Shown here piece by piece: positions 42,957 through 51,839 of a DNA stretch of 64,000 nucleotides. Each line of letters opens with the position of its first letter. Within the stretch, counting starts at the first letter, position 1. The stretch comes from a bacterium. Its GTDB lineage: Bacteria > Bacteroidota > Bacteroidia > Bacteroidales > UBA3663. The stretch covers positions 8,446 through 72,445 of the forward strand of contig CAVGQN010000005.1 in assembly GCA_963631395.1 (NCBI GenBank), in the 5' to 3' direction. The notes beneath the pieces are model-generated. The model saw nothing but the letters and a program-made list of their open reading frames with translations. It made no database searches and was not told the origin of the DNA. The translations under genes were made by a program, and so were the position numbers.

Positions 42957-45056
42957 ATGAAAAAGTTTTTATATACAATCTCCTGTCTCGTTTGTGCCGC
43001 TGCATCTATGGTGCTGCCTACTTCATGTAACGACGATCCGGACAGTGAACACTACTACTCGTTCGATGGTCAGATGATGAGCGAGTATCTGCAGGAGCGC
43101 GAACAGTACAGTTTGTTCTCGCAGGTCGTAATTAGGGCAGACCTCATGGATTTGCTTTCGACCTATGGACACTATACCTGTTTCTGCCCGAACGACTCGG
43201 CCATGCAACTGTTCATGCAGACCAAGGGTTGGTCAACGATTGATGACCTGACCGACGCCGACTGCGACACCATCGCCCGTACCCATCTGGTCAATGTGAT
43301 GTACTCTACCTTCGAAATGAAGGACGGCGTACTTGCCACTCAGAACATGAACAAGCGGCCTATCGAAATTACGCACGGCCTGGATAACAACCAGAATAGT
43401 GTCGTCATCCTTAACGGCGAGGCTATCGTTCTCTTTGAATCGCAGAACGACTCGGTGGAGAACGGCATTATGCAGCCTATCGACAAGGTCCTGGAAAGCA
43501 ACACTAACACGCTGCCTGACCTGATGGCTACCAACCCGACCATTTCCATCTATTGCGAAGCCCTTTCGAAGACGGGCCTGGCTAGCCAGATGATACGCTA
43601 CAAGGATGACTCGTATGTCGATACTGAGGTGTTCTATGACTACATCACCGGTTCCAATATCCACGAGGCTGCCACTCCTCCTGACGATCACCTGTACGGA
43701 TATACAGCTTTCGTAGTCCCCGATTCCGTACTCGAGGCGAAATACGGCATTACTGATTTGAAGGGTCTCTACGAACTTGCTTGCAATATATACGATAACA
43801 TCAGCCCGTCTGATGACCCTGACGGATTGTGGCGCACGGATGCTAGTGACGAGAGCCATAGTTTCGACAATCTGTCTGACCCGAAGAACCCGCTGTACCG
43901 CTTCATGGCCTACCACCTGCTCAACCGCAATGTGCAGGGCTGGAACTTCCTCACCGTACGTGACGACTTCGGTACTATCACCAACATGATGAACCCGACG
44001 GACTGGTATCCGACATTCCTCACCTCAGCCATGCTGAAGGTCGAGCACCTGACGGCCACCAAGTGGGTCGGCACCGAGACGGCTGTAGGCGGACGCTACT
44101 TGAACCGCCGCACCGACGACTTGTATACAGGCGATAAGGCTATTCGTGGCGTGCAGGTTGCCAACACGAGTACTGACAAGGAGTACAAGCATATTGCACT
44201 CAACGGCATCTATTTCTATATTGACGATGTGCTCAAGTTTGACTCTGATGTCCAGAACAAGGTCGACAACTGCCGCATCCGTATGGACTTCTCGACGGTC
44301 TTCCCGGAGGTAATGACCAACGACATGCGTATGAACGGTGACCGTACCAAGGACGATGACAATGTTAGCACCTCTTACGACCACACCTTCAAGTACGGAC
44401 GCAACTACTACTTCCCGGACGGTTATCTCGATGGCGTAAGTGTAGGCGGTAACGGTTACTTCATCTACCGTCGTCCGCGTCAGGGATATTGGTCTCTGCA
44501 TGGTGACGAGTTCATCTGCCAGGGCAACTACGATGTGTCTTTCCGCTTGCCACCTGTTCCGTTTGAGGGCGACTGGCAGATTCGTCTTGGCTACGCCGCT
44601 ATGACCATCCGCGGCATTGCCCAGATTTACTTTGGTACCAGTGACCCCGTCACGGGAAGCGTAACTTACGTGCCTCAGGGTATTCCGTTGGATATGACCC
44701 GTACGCTAGAGCACTCTTCCATCCTTGGAACGGACTTCAAGACCTATACGACTATGTCCGATGACGAAAAGACCGAAGACAGGAAGATCCTGAAGAACCT
44801 CGGCTTCTATCGTGGCGCCAATGGCGGCTACCGCACCGGCGGTTCTGACCAGCAGCACTTCTCGGATATTGCCAATACACTGCGCATCGTGCTGTGTACG
44901 GCACACTTGAAGCCCGGTCAGGATTACTATCTCCGTGTGCGTGCCGTGTCTTCCAAGCAGGGCAACAACAATGAGGTCATGCTCGACTATCTTGAACTCG
45001 TTCCGAAGAGCGTCTATGGCGTTACTGACGAGGGAGCACAGGAAGACGACCTGTAA
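42957..45056 (+). CDS. Fasciclin (FAS1)-like surface lipoprotein
   Basis: 699 aa. Lipobox LPTSCNDD (acidic surface-export-type residues after Cys). FAS1-like N-domain (FSQVVIRADLMDLLSTYGHYTCFCPNDSAMQLF). Confidence 0.7.
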   Translation: MKKFLYTISCLVCAAASMVLPTSCNDDPDSEHYYSFDGQMMSEYLQEREQYSLFSQVVIRADLMDLLSTYGHYTCFCPNDSAMQLFMQTKGWSTIDDLTDADCDTIARTHLVNVMYSTFEMKDGVLATQNMNKRPIEITHGLDNNQNSVVILNGEAIVLFESQNDSVENGIMQPIDKVLESNTNTLPDLMATNPTISIYCEALSKTGLASQMIRYKDDSYVDTEVFYDYITGSNIHEAATPPDDHLYGYTAFVVPDSVLEAKYGITDLKGLYELACNIYDNISPSDDPDGLWRTDASDESHSFDNLSDPKNPLYRFMAYHLLNRNVQGWNFLTVRDDFGTITNMMNPTDWYPTFLTSAMLKVEHLTATKWVGTETAVGGRYLNRRTDDLYTGDKAIRGVQVANTSTDKEYKHIALNGIYFYIDDVLKFDSDVQNKVDNCRIRMDFSTVFPEVMTNDMRMNGDRTKDDDNVSTSYDHTFKYGRNYYFPDGYLDGVSVGGNGYFIYRRPRQGYWSLHGDEFICQGNYDVSFRLPPVPFEGDWQIRLGYAAMTIRGIAQIYFGTSDPVTGSVTYVPQGIPLDMTRTLEHSSILGTDFKTYTTMSDDEKTEDRKILKNLGFYRGANGGYRTGGSDQQHFSDIANTLRIVLCTAHLKPGQDYYLRVRAVSSKQGNNNEVMLDYLELVPKSVYGVTDEGAQEDDL

Positions 45057-45095
45057 GCACATCCGTTTTATTGCATTACACACGCAAGTAAAAAA

Positions 45096-46769
45096 ATGAA
45101 AAGAAACATGAAATACAATAAAATCACGTCAGCCGTTATGGTGTTGTCTCTCGGATTGGCCTGCTCCTGCACCGATGATTGGGACAACCACTATGGCAAT
45201 GGGTCTTCTGATGAAGGCTGTTCTCTGTGGCAGACAATAAAGAACGACGGCGAACTCAACAACTTCGCTGCTGTCCTCGAGGCTACGGGCTATAAGGCAG
45301 CATTGGACGGTAGTCAGGTGTTCACTGTTTTCGCTCCTTCCGACAGTCAGTTCTCGGAGGCTCAGCGCGACAGCGTCATCAACCTGTACAAGCAAGAGGT
45401 CGCTGCCGGCGTTTCGGACAAACGGAATGCCGCCATCAAGGAGTTCGTCAAGAACCATATCGCTCTTTACAACTATTCCGTTTCATCAGTGACCAACGAT
45501 TCTATCGCGATGATGAACGGTAAGTACGGGATGCTGAAGACCGATTCCTTCCGCGGCAGGAATTTCCTGTCCAGCAACGTAAAGGCATCCAACGGCATCT
45601 TGTTCAAGATGTCCGGCATCTCGAGCTATACGCCTAACGTCTATGAGTATATAGGTCGCGACGCAGACCTCGATAGTTTGACCTCGTACATTTACGGCTA
45701 CAGTATCGACGAGTTCGATGCTTCGCAGAGCGTTCCGGGAGAGATTGTCAACGGCAAGACCCAGTATCTAGACTCTGTGACCGTCTTGAGGAACAAACTC
45801 CTGACCAATTGGATGGACGCCAACATAGACGAGGAGGACAGTACCTATTGGATGATAGCTCCAGTCAATCAGGTGTGGGACTCACTGCTGACCGAATACG
45901 CAAATTACTACCAGTATGATGCCAAGGTCGAGGGTCGTGACTCTCTGATGTACAACTTCCCGCGCCGGGCTATTGTACAGGGTTCTGCTTTCAGCCGGAC
46001 GCTCAATCCGGACGATGCGCTGCAGGATTCGGCCATGTCAACCAACGCCGTTCCCTATTCACGTCGTCGTGTTGCCTATGGGTCTTACGACAAAAAGTAC
46101 TATCAGTATGACCGTCCTTATGACGCAGGAGGTGTTTTTGACGGAGTGGAAGAGATCGTTTGCAGCAATGGCAAGGTTCTCAAGACAAGCAATTGGAACA
46201 TAGACAAGAAGTCTACATTCTATCGCGAGATTGTCATGGAGGGCGAAAGTTCCTATTTCATTGACTCTATTTATTCTAACTGTACCCGTGAACCGAGTTA
46301 TAGCACGGTGGCCAACTATAATCCGTACTATAATAAGGTATCCAACAACGGTTTCACTATCTTGGCGCCGTCGGGCAACAGTAACTACAAGGCGTTGGTA
46401 CAGGTCATGGATGTTCTCTCCAATGTTCCTTATGATGTGTATGTGGTAGCTGTTCCGGCCGTTGCCGGTGACACTCTGGTTGCCCAAGACCAACGTGTTC
46501 CTACCATATTCCGTGCTACGGTCAGTTACCACGATGCAACAGGCGAGATAGCCTTCTTCAAGAGTGTCGACAAGTTGACGACAGACGCGACCAAGGTCGA
46601 CTCCGTCCTTGTAGGTACATACACATTCCCGACCTGTTCATACAATCTGGAAGAAGCACAGGTGAAGATTCTGATTGAGGGTCGTGTGAGCAACAAACAG
46701 GTGAACAGCCTTACTCATACCAAGACACTACGTCTGGATTGTATCGTGTTCAAGCCTCATGAAGAATAA
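45096..46769 (+). CDS. Fasciclin (FAS1)-like surface lipoprotein
   Basis: 557 aa. Lipobox LACSCTDD. FAS1 signature (LNNFAAVLEATGYKAALDGSQVFTVFAPSDSQF). Confidence 0.75.
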   Translation: MKRNMKYNKITSAVMVLSLGLACSCTDDWDNHYGNGSSDEGCSLWQTIKNDGELNNFAAVLEATGYKAALDGSQVFTVFAPSDSQFSEAQRDSVINLYKQEVAAGVSDKRNAAIKEFVKNHIALYNYSVSSVTNDSIAMMNGKYGMLKTDSFRGRNFLSSNVKASNGILFKMSGISSYTPNVYEYIGRDADLDSLTSYIYGYSIDEFDASQSVPGEIVNGKTQYLDSVTVLRNKLLTNWMDANIDEEDSTYWMIAPVNQVWDSLLTEYANYYQYDAKVEGRDSLMYNFPRRAIVQGSAFSRTLNPDDALQDSAMSTNAVPYSRRRVAYGSYDKKYYQYDRPYDAGGVFDGVEEIVCSNGKVLKTSNWNIDKKSTFYREIVMEGESSYFIDSIYSNCTREPSYSTVANYNPYYNKVSNNGFTILAPSGNSNYKALVQVMDVLSNVPYDVYVVAVPAVAGDTLVAQDQRVPTIFRATVSYHDATGEIAFFKSVDKLTTDATKVDSVLVGTYTFPTCSYNLEEAQVKILIEGRVSNKQVNSLTHTKTLRLDCIVFKPHEE

Positions 46770-46796
46770 TTTAGAAACATCACAAACGGACAAGAA

Positions 46797-49700
46797 ATGA
46801 AACGATATATTCTATTTGGATTGACGCTTTTTACAGCGTTGTCGGCCGTTTCTGCACAGGACATCAACTACAATGACAATGGTGCGGGCAATGCGTCTAA
46901 TAAAAAGGCCGTTTCCGTCAAGAAGTACGAGACCCGCCTGGTAAAGGGCAAGGTGTTCGATGCTGCAACGGGACAGCCTATCGGAGGCGCGATTGTGAAA
47001 GCCAACGGGGTCGAAGGCTACGGTGCCTTGACCGAAGACGACGGTTCTTACGAACTTCAGGTTCCGGTTTTCTCTTCGGCCTTACAGGTCAAGAGCCCGG
47101 ACTATAATATGTTGATGCTCGGATTGTCTGGCCAGACGGAGCAGAAGTCGGCTTACCTCGTGTCTTCTGCCTTCAAGTCGGACTATACGGAACAGCTCAA
47201 TCTCCTCAACGACCACAGTGCTTCCGACCTGGAGTACACCAGTGCTGTCAATATCAAGGAGGAAGTACAGAAGCAGTTGGGAGCTTACGCTTACAATGTA
47301 TCCCGGAGCGGCACGCCTGGCATTGGCAATGTCATGTTTGTGCAGGGCCTCAACTCCCTCAATGCCAATGCACAGCCTTTGGTCGTGCTCGACGGTGTTA
47401 TCCTTGACCAACAATATGGCCGGGAAATGCTGCATGACGGATTCTTCAACGATGTCCTGACGAGTATCAATCCTTCGGACATAGAAGACATAACGGTTAT
47501 GCGCAATGCCACTGCCCTCTACGGTGCGAGGGGCGCCAATGGTGTTGTAATCATCAATACCAAGCGCAGTAAGTCTATGGCAACCCAGATTACGGCCCGT
47601 GTCTCTGCCGGCGTGTCGATGGAACCGAAGTACATCCCTACAATGGATGCTGAGCAGTATCGCGGCTATGCCTCAGAACTGCTGCGCGGAACGAAGACGA
47701 CTATCACCGACTTCAAGTTCCTGAATGCCAACCCTGACTACTATTACTATCCACAGTATCACAACAATACGGACTGGAAGGATCAGGTCTATCGTACGGC
47801 TATCACCCAGAACTACGGTATCAACGTCGAAGGCGGTGACGATGTGGCTCAGTATAGCCTTTCGGTGGGATATGTACAGAACGAAAGCAACCTCGAGTAC
47901 AATGACATGAACCGACTGAACGTGCGTTTCAATACGGACATGAAGATCTTCAAGCGACTCAGTGTACGTTTCGATGCATCGTTCAGCAACACCAACCGTA
48001 ATCTGCGCGATGATGGCGCTCCTCTGTCTTACGACGAGGGTACGCCGACTGCGCCTTCTTTCCTGGCATATGTCAAGTCTCCTTTCATGAGCCCCTATGC
48101 TTACGGCAACCACGTCTTCAGCAAGTCGTTCTATGATATTTCAGACGAAAGCTACCTGGACGAAGCCCTTTCCTGGTATACCTATAACGGATACAACTAC
48201 CGTATCGGTAACCCTTGGGCGCTCAACAAGTACGGCGATGCAGAGAACAAAAATCACTTTGAGAACTCGTTGCTCAATGTTTCCGTTACACCCAAGTTCC
48301 AGTTTACTCCTAATCTGGACTTGAGCGAGCATTTCAGTTACAACCTGGTCAACACCAACAACAAGTACTATATTCCTATCAATGGTGTGCCTGACTATTA
48401 CGTGTCAAGCGTAAGTGCCACCCGTGAGAACGAGGTGCGTTCGTTGGCTTCCAAGCAGAATTCCATACAGAGCGACACGCGTCTGACGTGGGGCGACCGT
48501 TTCGGCGCAAACGATGTGAAACTTTTCGGCGGTGTCCGCATCAATTGGGAGAACTACACCCGCAATGCCCAACTGGGTTATAACACGGGTAGTGATAAGA
48601 CTCCGTTCATGTCGGCTTCCCTTCTTAACTCATCGTCTGACGGTATCAACGACAGCTGGCGGAATATGGATGTTTACGTGCAGGGTAACTACAACTATGG
48701 TGGGCGTTATTATGCACAGCTTAACTTGACCGGTTCGGGTTCTTCCCGTTTCGGTAAGGATGCTGATGGTGGATTGAAGGTCGGTGGTGTCGTATGGGGC
48801 ATCTTCCCATCTGTACAGGCTTCCTGGATTTTGACCAACGAAAAGTGGCTGGCCGATGTCAACTGGCTCGATTACCTCCGCTTGACAGCAGGCTATGACA
48901 TCAGCGGCAATGACGGCATTGACAACGATGCTTCCCGCAGTTACTTCAAGGCTCAGTTGTTCCTTAATACCATCTCTGGTTTGACGTTCGGTGGAATCGG
49001 AAATACCGAAATCAAATGGGAGACAACGCGTCGTTACAACGTCGGTGTTGAGGCCAACTTTTTCAAGAACCGTCTGCATGTGGCTGCCAACTACTTCAAT
49101 GGCGAGACGGACGATCTCCTCTCATTGCAGACGCTCGGCTACCTCTCCGGTCTGGAGCAGAATTGGGTCAATGACGGCAAACTGCAGAACACCGGTTACG
49201 ACGTGAGCCTCAGTGTCAAGCCGATTGTCACCAAGAACTGGTCTTGGGAAATCGGTGCAACGATGGGCCATTACGAGAACGAAATCAAGAGCCTCGGCCA
49301 GGGTGTCAGTGGCTACAATACCGACCTTTACAGCGGAACCATCCGTACGGAGGTAGGTAGTCCTGCCAACCAGTTCTATGGCTACAAGACCAACGGCGTC
49401 TTCTCTACTACCGAGAAGGCCAATGAAGCCGGACTGTATGTCATGGACGAGAACGGTGTCGACAAGAACTACTTCGGTGCCGGCGACATAATCTTCTTTG
49501 ACAAGGACGGTAATCACGAAATCAACGAGGATGACCGTGTCGTGATTGGTGACCCGAACCCTGACTTCTACGGCAATATCTTCACATCAGTTGCTTACAA
49601 GCGTTTCCGTTTGGATGTCAACTTCAACTATTCGTTGGGTAACGACATCTACAACTACATGCGCTCGCAGCTCGAGGGCGGAAGCCGGTTCATGAACCAG

Positions 49701-50048
49701 TCCAAGTCTTTGACCAAACGCTGGCAATCTGAAGGACAGGTGACCGATGTGCCGCGCATCACCTTCCAGGACCCGATGGGCAACAGCCGCTTCAGCGACC
49801 GCTGGATTGAGGATGGTAGTTATCTGAAACTCAAGTCTGTGACTTTCAGCTACGACTTGCCGCTCAACATGCAGTTCCTGCAAGGTTTGCAGTTCTGGGT
49901 GCAAGGCAACAACCTCTTCACCCTTACCAAATATCTGGGGTCTGACCCGGAGGTTTCGGCTACCTCTTCTGTCATCGGACAAGGCGTGGACTTGGGCCGT
50001 ATCGGACAGAGTTGTAGCATCATTGCAGGCATCAAGATAAATCTCTAA
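46797..50048 (+). CDS. SusC/RagA-family TonB-dependent outer-membrane transporter (second copy)
   Basis: 1083 aa. Signal peptide, carboxypeptidase-regulatory-like domain (VKGKVFDAATGQPIGGAIVKANG), plug (FVQGLNSLNANAQPLVVLDG) and a long barrel. Confidence 0.95.
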   Translation: MKRYILFGLTLFTALSAVSAQDINYNDNGAGNASNKKAVSVKKYETRLVKGKVFDAATGQPIGGAIVKANGVEGYGALTEDDGSYELQVPVFSSALQVKSPDYNMLMLGLSGQTEQKSAYLVSSAFKSDYTEQLNLLNDHSASDLEYTSAVNIKEEVQKQLGAYAYNVSRSGTPGIGNVMFVQGLNSLNANAQPLVVLDGVILDQQYGREMLHDGFFNDVLTSINPSDIEDITVMRNATALYGARGANGVVIINTKRSKSMATQITARVSAGVSMEPKYIPTMDAEQYRGYASELLRGTKTTITDFKFLNANPDYYYYPQYHNNTDWKDQVYRTAITQNYGINVEGGDDVAQYSLSVGYVQNESNLEYNDMNRLNVRFNTDMKIFKRLSVRFDASFSNTNRNLRDDGAPLSYDEGTPTAPSFLAYVKSPFMSPYAYGNHVFSKSFYDISDESYLDEALSWYTYNGYNYRIGNPWALNKYGDAENKNHFENSLLNVSVTPKFQFTPNLDLSEHFSYNLVNTNNKYYIPINGVPDYYVSSVSATRENEVRSLASKQNSIQSDTRLTWGDRFGANDVKLFGGVRINWENYTRNAQLGYNTGSDKTPFMSASLLNSSSDGINDSWRNMDVYVQGNYNYGGRYYAQLNLTGSGSSRFGKDADGGLKVGGVVWGIFPSVQASWILTNEKWLADVNWLDYLRLTAGYDISGNDGIDNDASRSYFKAQLFLNTISGLTFGGIGNTEIKWETTRRYNVGVEANFFKNRLHVAANYFNGETDDLLSLQTLGYLSGLEQNWVNDGKLQNTGYDVSLSVKPIVTKNWSWEIGATMGHYENEIKSLGQGVSGYNTDLYSGTIRTEVGSPANQFYGYKTNGVFSTTEKANEAGLYVMDENGVDKNYFGAGDIIFFDKDGNHEINEDDRVVIGDPNPDFYGNIFTSVAYKRFRLDVNFNYSLGNDIYNYMRSQLEGGSRFMNQSKSLTKRWQSEGQVTDVPRITFQDPMGNSRFSDRWIEDGSYLKLKSVTFSYDLPLNMQFLQGLQFWVQGNNLFTLTKYLGSDPEVSATSSVIGQGVDLGRIGQSCSIIAGIKINL

Positions 50049-50059
50049 AAGAAAGTGAA

Positions 50060-51829
50060 ATGAAAAAGTTTATATATTTGCTGTCACTGGCTTTGACATT
50101 GCCTTTGGCTTCCTGCTCGGATTTCTTTGAGACGGATTCTGACCATGTCATCTATGCGGACGAGGATCATCTGAGCAATGCCAACGATACCATCTACTCG
50201 ATGATTGGTATCCTCAACAAGCTACAGGCTATCGCTGACCGTACCATTCTATTGGGTGAGGCCCGCGGTGATTTGGTCGACGTGACCGACAATACGCCTG
50301 CAGATTTGCGTAATGTCGCCCTCTTTAATATTGACGACGACAATGCCTATAACAATCCGCGTGACTACTATGCAGTCATCAACAACTGCAATTATTTCCT
50401 GGCCAATGCCGACGTTTCGCTCAAGAATAACCGTAACGAGTACTTGTTCCTTAAGGAATATGCAGCCGTCAAGGGCATCCGTGCCTGGACTTATCTGCAG
50501 TTGGTCCTGAACTATGGAGAAGTGCCTTTTGTCACTGAACCCGTTCTGACCAAGGCCGATGCGGAGAAAGACTATCCGAAAAAGGATATCAAGGGCATCT
50601 GCGACTATTTCCTGTACGAGGACAATCTGCAGGAATATGTTGATACCGACTATCCGGGCTATGGCTCTATCAAGGGCATTCCCTCTAAGATGTTCTACTT
50701 CCCGCTCTATATCGTTTTGGGCGACTTGAACCTTTGGGCCGGCAACTATTACGATGCTGCCAGGTGCTATTACAACTATATCAACACCCGCAACGGTGTA
50801 AACTCGACCTATCCCACCGGAACAGTCGCTCTCGATTGGATGTCCAGCACATGGTCCACTGTCAACATGGGCTCATGTACCACTTACCGTGCTGACTTCT
50901 CTAATGAGACCAACTCTTCCAATAGTGAAATCATCACACTTATCCCTGGTGACTCAATTCCTTCGGAGGGTTATTACAGCGAGTTGGGCAGCATCTTCAA
51001 CACTACCTATGACGGTACAATTGGAGAGGTGAGCCTTACGGCTTCGCAGAGTTTGCAGAATTTGTCCGAGAACCAGACTTTCTGCTACTACGACGGTGAC
51101 GGGTATCTCACAGTACCCAAGGGGTTGTCCAACAACCGTTCAGGTGACCTCCGTCTCTATGGCTCATGGTCATATACAGAAAACGGACTTACTGTTGTGG
51201 CCGGCAACCGCACCAGTTATGACAATCAGGTCGTGTACAAGTATCGGACAAAGAATATCCATATTTACCGCCGTCAGTTGATATATCTGCGACTTGCCGA
51301 GGCTTTGAACTGTGCCGGATATCCGCGTTTCGCCTATCAGATTTTGTCTTCAGGCGTGAACAATCAGATTATAGAGCACAACGTCTTGCCCTACTACACT
51401 GCCGATTCGCTCAAACTGGCACAGTTCGATTTCCCCAACACCCGCTACATTCTTCAGAATCCTGAGTCGAACTCTACTTTGGGCAATACGCAAGGTATCC
51501 ATTCCCGCGGTTGCGGCTATTCACCAATGAATGCAAATTATCAGATGCCGGTAGATACGACTATCACAGATTCTCTTGCACAGATTGCCTGGCAACAAGA
51601 GCAGGTGGAGAATATGATTATCGACGAGGAAGCTCTTGAGATGGCATTCGAAGGCTACCGTTTCTATGATTTGATGCGTGTCGCTTTGCGTAGAAACGAT
51701 CCCTCATTCCTGGCCAACAGGGTTTATGCCCGTCGAGGTGAAGGCGTAAATTCGGGCATCTCTGTTGATCTAAACGATAAGAAAAATTGGTATCTCAAGT
51801 GGAACGGAGAGTTCGGCTTAGGGGACTAA
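50060..51829 (+). CDS. SusD/RagB-family nutrient-binding lipoprotein (second copy)
   Basis: 589 aa. Lipobox LASCSDFFE. SusD-like motifs (GIRAWTYLQLVLNYGEVPFV; EALEMAFEGYRFYDLMRVA). Confidence 0.85.
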   Translation: MKKFIYLLSLALTLPLASCSDFFETDSDHVIYADEDHLSNANDTIYSMIGILNKLQAIADRTILLGEARGDLVDVTDNTPADLRNVALFNIDDDNAYNNPRDYYAVINNCNYFLANADVSLKNNRNEYLFLKEYAAVKGIRAWTYLQLVLNYGEVPFVTEPVLTKADAEKDYPKKDIKGICDYFLYEDNLQEYVDTDYPGYGSIKGIPSKMFYFPLYIVLGDLNLWAGNYYDAARCYYNYINTRNGVNSTYPTGTVALDWMSSTWSTVNMGSCTTYRADFSNETNSSNSEIITLIPGDSIPSEGYYSELGSIFNTTYDGTIGEVSLTASQSLQNLSENQTFCYYDGDGYLTVPKGLSNNRSGDLRLYGSWSYTENGLTVVAGNRTSYDNQVVYKYRTKNIHIYRRQLIYLRLAEALNCAGYPRFAYQILSSGVNNQIIEHNVLPYYTADSLKLAQFDFPNTRYILQNPESNSTLGNTQGIHSRGCGYSPMNANYQMPVDTTITDSLAQIAWQQEQVENMIIDEEALEMAFEGYRFYDLMRVALRRNDPSFLANRVYARRGEGVNSGISVDLNDKKNWYLKWNGEFGLGD

Positions 51830-51839
51830 TCGGAATTGA

